A stretch of DNA of 32,000 nucleotides, from positions 3,300,001-3,332,000 of the forward strand of contig NC_009483.1 in NCBI RefSeq assembly GCF_000016745.1. The letters run 5' to 3'. This stretch comes from Geotalea uraniireducens Rf4. Its GTDB lineage: Bacteria > Desulfobacterota > Desulfuromonadia > Geobacterales > Geobacteraceae. Below, in pieces: positions 8,490 to 15,721 of this stretch. Each line of letters opens with the position of its first letter. Position 1 is the first letter of the stretch. The notes under the pieces were generated by a model, which did not search any database, was not told the DNA's origin, and saw only the letters and a list, made by a program, of their open reading frames with translations. Position numbers and translations under genes: made by a program.

Positions 8490-8975
8490 TCAACAGACCT
8501 CGACAATTTCGAATACAGATTTTGCATTCCCTCTGCCCACTTCCACACTGTCACCCGCTATCTTGCCGATCAGGCCTTCTCCAAGCGGAGAGTTCGGCGT
8601 GATGACAATGGTTTCAACGCCACCATCTTCCACTTTCAAGCCGCCCGCCTCAGGACCGATAAACACCGTCTTTTCCACACCGTCCCCGGCCTCCAGCGTT
8701 ACTAACGCAGTCAATCGTATCGGAACATCTTCGGCAAAATGTTGCAATGACAGTTTTTTATACGTATCCAGGGCGATCTTGATTTCCTGTGCCCGATTCG
8801 CCTGCCCTTGGGCGACGTACGATGCTTCCAGGCTTAACGTCTCATATTTGTTGTCAGGAATATTTTCCTCATGAATAGAGGCTTCATGGGCTGCTTTTGC
8901 AGCGTTGAACACAACAGCAAAATCCGCGGAGAGTTTTTCGATAATGAGGTAAAGGATACGTTCTTTTTTCGTCAT
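8490..8975 (-). CDS. GreA/GreB-family (Rnk-like) transcription factor homologue
   Basis: 161 aa. The C-terminal ...VITPNSPLGEGLIGKIAGDSVEV... matches the GreA/B C-terminal FKBP-like domain signature (SPLG..L.GK..GD). Confidence 0.7.
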   Translation of the reverse strand: MTKKERILYLIIEKLSADFAVVFNAAKAAHEASIHEENIPDNKYETLSLEASYVAQGQANRAQEIKIALDTYKKLSLQHFAEDVPIRLTALVTLEAGDGVEKTVFIGPEAGGLKVEDGGVETIVITPNSPLGEGLIGKIAGDSVEVGRGNAKSVFEIVEVC

Positions 8976-9002
8976 GAAATGGCTTTGACAAACTCCCTTT
9001 TA

Positions 9003-9040
9003 GAAAAATAAAAGAACCACAGAGGTAATCCCTGTGGTTC
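9003..9040 (-). terminator. Rho-independent terminator after the 106-aa membrane protein gene
   Basis: Minus strand reads GAACCACAG-GGATTACCT-CTGTGGTTC followed by TTTTATTTTTC. Confidence 0.6.
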
Positions 9041-9108
9041 AGGTGCAGTTCATATATACCATTAGTACCCTTCCGGCGGCAATTCCTTTTTAGCTGCAAC
9101 AGCAGGTT

Positions 9109-9429
9109 TCACTTCTTTCTGTCCGCTTTGATGTGGAGCCCGCAATGAAGGCAATTACGAAAGTAGAGAAGGGTCAAACCGTTCATGTGAAAGTAGTTTC
9201 CGCACCGGGGACACCTGGCTACGGCTGACATGGTTACGGCTATACAGAGGATGACAAGCCAGGCAACAAACGCTGCCCCGGTAATCCTGATCGATTGTGT
9301 CTTTACGAGAATCAACTGCATCGCCGGCAAATAAACGAGAATCACTCCCCACAAATACCAGCGTCGCCTGCGGATTATGCTGAGCCCGGGACTGAATTTC
9401 AATAAATCGACGGTCGGGTTCTCATCCAA
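9109..9429 (-). CDS. Small membrane protein with C-terminal zinc-ribbon (CPRCG...CLHCG)
   Basis: 106 aa with two hydrophobic helices followed by CxxC...CxxC. TTG start at 9429 is preceded by AGGAGG. Confidence 0.5.
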   Translation of the reverse strand: MDENPTVDLLKFSPGLSIIRRRRWYLWGVILVYLPAMQLILVKTQSIRITGAAFVAWLVILCIAVTMSAVARCPRCGNYFHMNGLTLLYFRNCLHCGLHIKADRKK

Positions 9430-9471
9430 AGTTGCCTCCTGATTATGCGCATGCCGTCAACAATCGCAATG

Positions 9472-10092
9472 CTAAAGAAGGGTCAGTATTTCATCATGCC
9501 GATCGATGCGGGCAAAGGCCGGCATGTCGGCTTTGTAGGCAATAAAAGGGACACCGGCAGCCTCGGCGGCTTGACGATCCACATCGGAATCACCGACGAA
9601 CAAGGCTTCGCCGGGAGCAATCCGGTAGTGCTCCAGCACCTTCAAAAGCGGCTCAGGATGCGGCTTGGGGTTTTTCACCCTGGCCGCAGTCATGACGCAG
9701 CCAAAATAGCGGTTGAGGTCAAAGGACTCCAGCACCAGGTCCATGGAGGTGGTGCGGTTGGTGCAGACCGCCAGCTCCACCTTCGGCTGAAGCACATTGA
9801 GGGTCTCGCGGAACCCTTCCTCCATAAGCATGAAGGGGACCAGTTCCCGGTAGTCGATGGTCCCGGCAAAGGCCTGGGCCTCTACTCGCCGGTCGTCACC
9901 GGCAAAAAGATAGGCCATCACGTCGACATTGGCGTAGGTGTGAAGCACCCGCATGGTCTCTGCGTCATTACGGTCCAGAGGGAGCTTGTCGAACCGGGAC
10001 AGAATCCGCTCGTAAAAGGCGAAGTTCGCCTCAAAGGAATCGAACATCACCCCGTCGCAGTCATAGATTACAACTTTATATCCGTTTTTCAC
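9472..10092 (-). CDS. HAD-superfamily hydrolase (phosphoglycolate phosphatase-like)
   Basis: 206 aa. Motif I is IYDCDGVMFDS and motif IV is FVGDSDVD. GTG start. Confidence 0.85.
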   Translation of the reverse strand: MKNGYKVVIYDCDGVMFDSFEANFAFYERILSRFDKLPLDRNDAETMRVLHTYANVDVMAYLFAGDDRRVEAQAFAGTIDYRELVPFMLMEEGFRETLNVLQPKVELAVCTNRTTSMDLVLESFDLNRYFGCVMTAARVKNPKPHPEPLLKVLEHYRIAPGEALFVGDSDVDRQAAEAAGVPFIAYKADMPAFARIDRHDEILTLL

Positions 10093-10176
10093 CCGTATCC
10101 TCTCTGTTCAACATAGAAACCAGTGATAAGCAATAGCGGGATCCGGAACCAGGTATCTGGGACCTGCAAAAACTTC

Positions 10177-10494
10177 TTAATCGTTCCCCGTTCCCCGTTC
10201 CCCGTTCCCAATTTTTTGCAGGTACTCATCCCACTCGATGGGAAGCATGTGCTTTTTCCGGTTGTTGCACTCCTTGCAGGCCGGCGCCACGTTCCCCCGG
10301 CTACTCTTGCCGCCGCGGATGATGGGGACGATGTGGTCCATGGAAAGCTCATCAGGAGGAAATGTGCCGCCACAGTAATGACAGACACCTTTGGCCAGAC
10401 GGCTCTTCCACCACTGGGATTTGCGCAATTCGCGGGCCTTCTCCCGCTCCCGCTTGATCTCCTGCTCGGAGACTTCGATGATGAAATAGTTCAT
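10177..10494 (-). CDS. Small HNH endonuclease
   Basis: CHYCGG...DHIVPIIRGG...N..PACKECNNRK is an HNH/zinc-finger core. I prefer the ATG at 10494 (MNYFIIEV). The track's 25-aa extension is read out of a heptamer repeat array. The C-terminal GNGERGTGND is encoded by (GTTCCCC)n. Confidence 0.8.
   Translation of the reverse strand: MNYFIIEVSEQEIKREREKARELRKSQWWKSRLAKGVCHYCGGTFPPDELSMDHIVPIIRGGKSSRGNVAPACKECNNRKKHMLPIEWDEYLQKIGNGERGTGND
10183..10210. repeat. Tandem heptamer array (GTTCCCC)x3 + GTTCCCA
   Basis: Units start at 10183, 10190, 10197 and 10204. The array lies inside the last 11 codons of the HNH ORF. Confidence 0.9.
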
Positions 10495-10501
10495 AAGGTC
10501 C

Positions 10502-10592
10502 GTGAGTCGTAAGTCGTGAGTCGTAAGTCGTAAGAAGTAAGTCGTGAGAAGTAAGTGTGAACTACTCACTTCTCACGACTTACTTCTCACGG
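10502..10592. repeat. Heptamer array forming a long hairpin: 8 x GTRAGNN, 7-nt spacer, 4 x CTYACNN
   Basis: Forward units are GTGAGTC GTAAGTC GTGAGTC GTAAGTC GTAAGAA GTAAGTC GTGAGAA GTAAGTG. The spacer is TGAACTA. Reverse units are CTCACTT CTCACGA CTTACTT CTCACGG. About 20 bp are perfectly complementary (AGAAGTAAGTCGTGAGAAGT). The rnhA stop codon (10587-10589) sits in the last unit. Confidence 0.9.
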
Positions 10593-11030
10593 CTTTCTGC
10601 CTTTAAACACCTCTATCGCGGCCCTGGCCAACTCGTCGCACCGCTCGTTCTCCGGATGGCCGTTGTGACCTCGCACCCAGGCCCAGCGGATCTTATGGAT
10701 CTTCGACAGCGCCAGCAGCCTCTCCCACAGTTCCCGGTTGAGGACCGGCTCCTTTTTGCTGTTGACCCACCCCTTTCTGATCCACCCTGACATCCATTCA
10801 GTCATCCCTTTTACCAGGTACTGGGAATCGGTGGTCAGGACCACCTCGCAAGGTCGTTTGAGGGACGCGAGGGCCTCGATGGCGGCGGTCATCTCCATCC
10901 GGTTGTTGGTGGTGTCTCCATCGGCCCCGGATAGTTCCTTGACCGTATCGCCGTAACGGAGGATGCTCCCCCACCCGCCTACGCCGGGGTTGCCGCTGCA
11001 TGCCCCGTCACAAAAAATCTCAACCTTCAT
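10587..11030 (-). CDS. rnhA: Ribonuclease HI
   Basis: 147 aa. [17 protein letters not shown]...[15 protein letters not shown]...TDSQYL...[19 protein letters not shown] are canonical RNase H1 motifs. Confidence 0.95.
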   Translation of the reverse strand: MKVEIFCDGACSGNPGVGGWGSILRYGDTVKELSGADGDTTNNRMEMTAAIEALASLKRPCEVVLTTDSQYLVKGMTEWMSGWIRKGWVNSKKEPVLNRELWERLLALSKIHKIRWAWVRGHNGHPENERCDELARAAIEVFKGRKP

Positions 11031-11739
11031 TTATATAGGCCCCTTCAGTTTTGAGGAGGTCGGCAATTGCCGCCATAACCCGATCCACTATCATCTGGTG
11101 GGTCTCCTTGCAATCGGAAAGCTCGTACAGGTCGGAAAAATCCAAAGGCTTGCCGAACACCACGCAGGCGTCCTGGCCGAAGCCGGGAAATTTCCAGCGA
11201 TTGAGCCCGACAAGTGCTGTCGGGACCACGACAGGTCTGGTGTCGTAGATGATCTTGCCGACACCACGGTTCCCCTTCCCCAAAACGCCATCCTTGTGGC
11301 GGGTCCCCTCGGGAAAGAGCATGACCTTCTGGTCTTTCAACAGATCGTTTATGGCCTTTCCCGCCCGCACATCACGGCCGCGCTTAACCGGGAAAGCCCC
11401 CCACGATGAATAAAGCCAGCGCTGGAAAGAACTGGTGAAGAGCTCCTCCTTGGCCGGCGCCCAGAGCATCTGCATGGGATGTTGTCGAATGACCGCCCAG
11501 GGGAGGAAAATGGTTTCATAGGCTGAGATGTGGTTGGATACAAGCAAGACCGCACCGGAAGAAGGGATGTTATCACTCCCCTTGATGCGGAACCGGTTGA
11601 TTGTCGAGGCATAAAAACCGATGACGTAGGCAGAAAAAGTGACCCAGAAACGGCGCAGGTATGAAACCTTCAAGGGGACCTCTACACTTGGAGATATTTG
11701 GAATGTCCCTTTATAGCATGATTTACGAAGGGGGGGCAA
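11020..11739 (-). CDS. plsC: 1-acyl-sn-glycerol-3-phosphate acyltransferase family protein (start uncertain)
   Basis: The NHISAYE (HX4D/E-type) block and the [10 protein letters not shown] block are present. The track start at 11739 is a TTG. An internal TTG at ~11673 follows AGAGG. The gene overlaps the rnhA start by 11 nt. Confidence 0.8.
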   Translation of the reverse strand: MPPLRKSCYKGTFQISPSVEVPLKVSYLRRFWVTFSAYVIGFYASTINRFRIKGSDNIPSSGAVLLVSNHISAYETIFLPWAVIRQHPMQMLWAPAKEELFTSSFQRWLYSSWGAFPVKRGRDVRAGKAINDLLKDQKVMLFPEGTRHKDGVLGKGNRGVGKIIYDTRPVVVPTALVGLNRWKFPGFGQDACVVFGKPLDFSDLYELSDCKETHQMIVDRVMAAIADLLKTEGAYINEG

Positions 11740-11788
11740 GCGTGCAGAAATACATTAGCTGGTTAGAGGAAGAGCTCTCCTGACAAAT

Positions 11789-13525
11789 CTACTTGAGGGT
11801 AAAGTAAAAGGTCGCCCCCTTGTCCACCGCGCCTTCACCCCAGACTCTCCCGCCATGGCGCTGGATGATACGCTGCACCGTTGCCAGGCCGACACCTGTA
11901 CCGGGGAAATCATTTTGATTATGGAGACGGTGAAAAGGTTGAAAGAGGTTGGTAGCCTTATTCATGTCAAAGCCCGCGCCGTTATCGCGGATAAAATAAA
12001 CGGTTTCGCCTTCTTCTTCGACCACGCCGAATTCGACCATTGCTTCGTCACACTTTTTGGTATATTTCCAGGCATTGCCCAGCAGGTTTTCCAACGCCAC
12101 CATCAGCAATTGGGGATCACCATAAGCCGTCACATTCGGAGTGATGTCAAAGTCAACCCGGCGCTCCGGCTCAGCTTGTTGAAGGCCGGCGGCAATTTCC
12201 CGCACAAGCAGGCTGATATCGACTTCCTCACGCTGCATTTCGCTGCGCGTCACCTTGGACAAAGCCAGCAAGGCTTCTACCAGCTCTTCCATCTGTTCGC
12301 ACGCCTCGTAAATAGTCCTGACAAAATATCTGCCGTTCTCATCCAGTGTATGAGAATACCCCTCGATCAGTGCCTGGCTGGAGCTGTATATCCGCGTCAA
12401 CGGTGTGCGCAAATCATGAGAAGCCGAATAGCTGAACGCCTCCAGTTCCTTGTTTGCAGCGTCAAGCTCGGCAGCATGCGCAGACAAATCCGCATTGAGC
12501 TTTCTGATTTCGTATTCCGCCTGCTTGCGCTCGGTAATATCGATGACAATCCCGATTAGTCCGGCCAATACACCGTCGCTATCGGTATACGTAGCCTTGT
12601 TGAAGATCACATCCCGCGAGCAGTTGTCAACGCAGGGAACAAAGGATTCATAAACCTGGACGCCGGGATTGGCGAACAGCTCCCGGTCCATTTTATCGTA
12701 CATGACGGCAATTTCATCCGGGAACAAATCGAATACCGTCTTGCCGATGACCTTCTCCTTTGTCATGCCGCTGCAATGCTCGAATGCCGTATTGCAGCCG
12801 AGAAAAACACCCTGCGTATCCTTGTAGAATATGGGGCTGGGTATGGTATCTATAAGCCGTTGTAAAAGGTTCGCCTGCCGTTCGAGGGCAGCTTCCGCCT
12901 GTTTGCGATGCGAAATATCCCGCACCACCTCGATGCCGGCGATAATCTTCCCCGTCTTGTCACGCAGAGGCGACGATATGATCTCCACGTGCGTCGCCTC
13001 TTGTAAACTTGCCCCGCTCGTCTCACGTCGATGGATCTCGCCGTCCAGGAATGACTCGAGCAGGTGACATCCCTCGCAAGGCTGGTCCTTCTTATTATAG
13101 GCAGAATAGCAGTACTCACCGACGTGATCGCCAACCAATCTTTTGTGCGCCTCGTTCTGGAAGAGGATTTTAAAATCCGTATCCTGGATACTGATCCCGT
13201 CTCCCATGGCCGAAACAATCGCAATGGTCTTCTCAGTCTCGTCCTCGGCCCTTTGAATCGCCGCCTGCAGCGCCTTTTCCAGCTCTTTTCGCTTGTTTAC
13301 AATATGCCTGGTGTAGAGCATAAACGCGAAAAACACCATGCTTGTCAGCCAACGAAAGCCGATTTCACGTGAATCGGGAGAGAACAACTGCTGATAAATG
13401 GTTCCTTCTCCATAAATAAGGGCATCCATCACCGAATCGGCCACCCAGAACATCAGCACCAGAGTGACCGCAACCAGTATTATGCGTTCGGGGTGTTTTT
13501 TGTTGTTTTTGGAGTCATTTCCCAC
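11789..13525 (-). CDS. Membrane-anchored sensor histidine kinase with two PAS domains
   Basis: 578 aa with two N-terminal hydrophobic segments. H-box is SYSASHDLRTPL, N-box LLGNAWKYT, G-boxes DNGAGF and GTGVGLA. GTG start without a clear SD, so the start is uncertain. Confidence 0.9.
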   Translation of the reverse strand: MGNDSKNNKKHPERIILVAVTLVLMFWVADSVMDALIYGEGTIYQQLFSPDSREIGFRWLTSMVFFAFMLYTRHIVNKRKELEKALQAAIQRAEDETEKTIAIVSAMGDGISIQDTDFKILFQNEAHKRLVGDHVGEYCYSAYNKKDQPCEGCHLLESFLDGEIHRRETSGASLQEATHVEIISSPLRDKTGKIIAGIEVVRDISHRKQAEAALERQANLLQRLIDTIPSPIFYKDTQGVFLGCNTAFEHCSGMTKEKVIGKTVFDLFPDEIAVMYDKMDRELFANPGVQVYESFVPCVDNCSRDVIFNKATYTDSDGVLAGLIGIVIDITERKQAEYEIRKLNADLSAHAAELDAANKELEAFSYSASHDLRTPLTRIYSSSQALIEGYSHTLDENGRYFVRTIYEACEQMEELVEALLALSKVTRSEMQREEVDISLLVREIAAGLQQAEPERRVDFDITPNVTAYGDPQLLMVALENLLGNAWKYTKKCDEAMVEFGVVEEEGETVYFIRDNGAGFDMNKATNLFQPFHRLHNQNDFPGTGVGLATVQRIIQRHGGRVWGEGAVDKGATFYFTLK

Positions 13526-13586
13526 TGTAGCAATCCCGTATCAGGTTCATGTTTTGCAGATTTATTAATCAGAACAAGCAGTTGCT

Positions 13587-14600
13587 CTACGTCCAGATGC
13601 CGTCCACGACGAAAGCGCACTTCGGGCATTTCCCGTCTTGAAGCAGGTTTGAATCGATGGCGTAACCGAAGCGGCGGATAAGAAGTTCGCCGCATCCCGG
13701 ACAATAAGTGCTTTCTCCACCTTCACCCGGGACATTCCCTTCATAAACATAGCGCAGGCCGGCATCGAGCCCTATCTGCCGGGCACGGCGCAGGGTCGCT
13801 ACGGGAGTGCGCGGCTGGTCCAGCAATTTGTAAGTAGGATAGAACTGGGTCACGTGCCACGGGACCTCAACGCCGACCTTTTCGGCAATGAAACGGGCAA
13901 TGCCCAGCAAATCCTCATCGGAATCGTTCCAGTTCGGAATGACCAGGGTGGTCAGTTCGATCCAGATACCCTGTCTTTTATATTCGACGATGGATTCGAG
14001 CACCTCATGGAGCATGGCATGAACCACCTCACGATAGAACCGGTCGGAATAACCCTTAAGGTCGATATTTGCCGCATCCAGATAGGGTCGGATATGGGCA
14101 AGCGCTTCAGGTGTAATATAGCCGTTGGTTACAAAAATGTTCTTCAGGCCTGCTGCACGGGCGAGAACGGCAGTGTCGTAGGCGTATTCATAGAATATGG
14201 TCGGCTCCGTATAGGTGTAGGCAATCGACGTGCAGCCGGTTGCCAGCGCCTTTGCCACGATATCAGCCGGAGCCAGGTCAATCCCGCTTATATCCATCAC
14301 CCCTGCGCTTGACTGGGATATTGCGTAATTCTGACAATGGAGACAGCGGAAATTGCAGCCGACAGTAGCAATGGAATATGACCTGCTGCCTGGAAGAACA
14401 TGGAAAAGCGGTTTCTTCTCGATGGGGTCCACATGTTCGGCAATGGCCTTGCCGTAGACGAGAGTGTAGAGAGTTCCGGCTCTGTTCTCCCTCACCATGC
14501 AGATGCCCCGCCGGCCGGCAGAAATCAGGCAGCGGAAACGGCAAAGACCGCAGCGAACCTTTTCATCCCCTACTTTTTCATAAAACATCGCTTCTTTCAT
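13587..14600 (-). CDS. AmmeMemoRadiSam-system-type radical SAM enzyme (PFL-activase-like)
   Basis: N-terminal ...VRCGLCRFRCLI..G..G.C, then the CNFRCLHCQN radical SAM CX3CX2C motif. ATG at 14600 (MKEAMFYEK) is preceded by CAGGAGGAGACC. The track's upstream extension was dropped. Confidence 0.85.
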   Translation of the reverse strand: MKEAMFYEKVGDEKVRCGLCRFRCLISAGRRGICMVRENRAGTLYTLVYGKAIAEHVDPIEKKPLFHVLPGSRSYSIATVGCNFRCLHCQNYAISQSSAGVMDISGIDLAPADIVAKALATGCTSIAYTYTEPTIFYEYAYDTAVLARAAGLKNIFVTNGYITPEALAHIRPYLDAANIDLKGYSDRFYREVVHAMLHEVLESIVEYKRQGIWIELTTLVIPNWNDSDEDLLGIARFIAEKVGVEVPWHVTQFYPTYKLLDQPRTPVATLRRARQIGLDAGLRYVYEGNVPGEGGESTYCPGCGELLIRRFGYAIDSNLLQDGKCPKCAFVVDGIWT

Positions 14601-14937
14601 GGTCTCCTCCTGTCGCGTAAAACAAAACGGAAAAAACTGAAGCGTGCCCTTTGTCGCCCATCCTACCACGTACCCAACAATAATCCATCAGCAGATCAAA
14701 CGTTTCCGCAACAAACGATTACATTACAGAATCATTATAGTAGCATTAACAGAACATCGGCGCCAGAATTTTCAGTAGAAAAATGACGCCACAACAACAC
14801 CTTCATTAAGGCATCATTACACCGACTTTCTTAAATTATTCCAACTATATCATCCCTACCCCGTTTGACCAGAGATCGGGGCATGCTTATTCTCACGGAT
14901 TCACCGGTGATTAAACATCAACGCAGTCTGTCAAACA

Positions 14938-15178
14938 TGTCCAAACCCAGCAGTGTCCGGTTTGTTTTTTGCTTACGTCCCGTAGGGACAGAATGCTGGT
15001 AGCCGGGGAATTTATTCCCCGGTCGTGGTAAAATCTCATCACGTCACGTACGTGACGCAGGGAAAATTAGGAATCTGTTCCGGGGGATGAATCCCCCGGC
15101 TACATGCGAACGCCCCTAATGGGGCTAAAAAGCTTGATGCAAAGACCAAACCGGACAACGCTGGTCCAAACCAGAGTT
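14938..15178. repeat. ~240-bp imperfect palindrome built from two inverted copies of a hairpin-rich repeat unit
   Basis: The centre is the perfect 16-bp palindrome CGTCACGTACGTGACG (15042-15057). Mirrored modules are TGTCCGGTTTG (14954-14964) with CAAACCGGACA (15147-15157), and GTAGCCGGGGAATTTATTCCCCGG (14999-15022) with CCGGGGGATGAATCCCCCGGCTAC (15080-15103). The small hairpins GTCCCGTAGGGAC and AGCCCCTAATGGGGCT are also mirrored. Confidence 0.75.
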
Positions 15179-15424
15179 TAAAAATAAGACAATAAATTAT
15201 TTTCCTGTTTGTAACATTTCTTTTGCATATGCAACGTATCGATTGCGACAATATCCATAATTTTGTTTTATTTCGGATTTATCCAATGATAATAACTGCT
15301 TACACCTTAACATCATGTTATTGCCTAATATAGTCTATCAGCTGTTCTAAAATACCGACCTATTCCACACTGCAACAACAAACCGTAAACTACTGTTTTA
15401 TTTAGTTTTTTTAAAATATTCTCC

Positions 15425-15453
15425 TTGCGGATATACTTTCGATAATTTATATT
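15425..15453 (+). promoter_or_regulatory. Candidate sigma70-type promoter for the small zinc-ribbon ORF
   Basis: TTGCGG-17 nt-TATATT lies 36 nt upstream of the ATG at 15489, inside a very AT-rich stretch. Confidence 0.3.
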
Positions 15454-15488
15454 TCAAAACGAAGGTAACGACAAAGGAGAGAACAACA

Positions 15489-15641
15489 ATGAATTGCCCC
15501 CACTGCAAAAGCAGCAACAGTATCGAGATCGACATGCATTCTGACGGATACGCCAAAGATATCCTCGAATGCACCTCGTGCGGTGCTGTCTGGATCAATC
15601 ACTTCGGCGCCATTACGCTGTTGAACAAGAAAGCAGCTTAA
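15489..15641 (+). CDS. Small zinc-ribbon protein, 50 aa (not in the supplied ORF track)
   Basis: Own translation: MNCPHCKSSNSIEIDMHSDGYAKDILECTSCGAVWINHFGAITLLNKKAA. CPHC...CTSC form a CxxC pair. An AAAGGAGAG SD lies 7 nt upstream, and a strong terminator follows immediately. Confidence 0.55.
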   Translation: MNCPHCKSSNSIEIDMHSDGYAKDILECTSCGAVWINHFGAITLLNKKAA

Positions 15642-15644
15642 TAA

Positions 15645-15679
15645 GAAACGCCGGGAATAAACACCCCGGCGTTTCTTTC
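15645..15679. terminator. Rho-independent terminator (between convergent genes)
   Basis: GAAACGCCGGG-AATAAACAC-CCCGGCGTTTC followed by TTTCC. Confidence 0.7.
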
Positions 15680-15721
15680 CTGCCAAACCTTTACTGACTC
15701 TGTTTACGCCACGGAGTCCCC

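Noticed and set aside
10495-10569. The N-terminal extension of the HNH ORF (MSSSHLLLTTYFLRLTTHDLRLTDL), and similarly the GTG-start extension of gmhB to 23527.
   Set aside because: Both extensions are translations of repeat arrays with low-complexity periodic peptides. Internal ATG codons give N-termini typical of the respective families.
13064-13078. A CxxCH (CEGCH) motif in the first PAS domain of the 578-aa kinase, suggesting a c-type haem-binding PAS sensor.
   Set aside because: Both hydrophobic segments lie N-terminal to the motif, and the rest of the protein (HisKA, ATPase) must be cytoplasmic. Covalent haem c attachment is therefore topologically unlikely. A PC..C pattern is common in this PAS subgroup, and the His may be coincidental.
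15039-15251. 70-aa minus-strand ORF in the large intergenic gap.
   Set aside because: It is read straight through the palindromic repeat element. Such repeat-derived peptides (..SRGIHPPEQ..) are typical spurious calls, and there is no SD.
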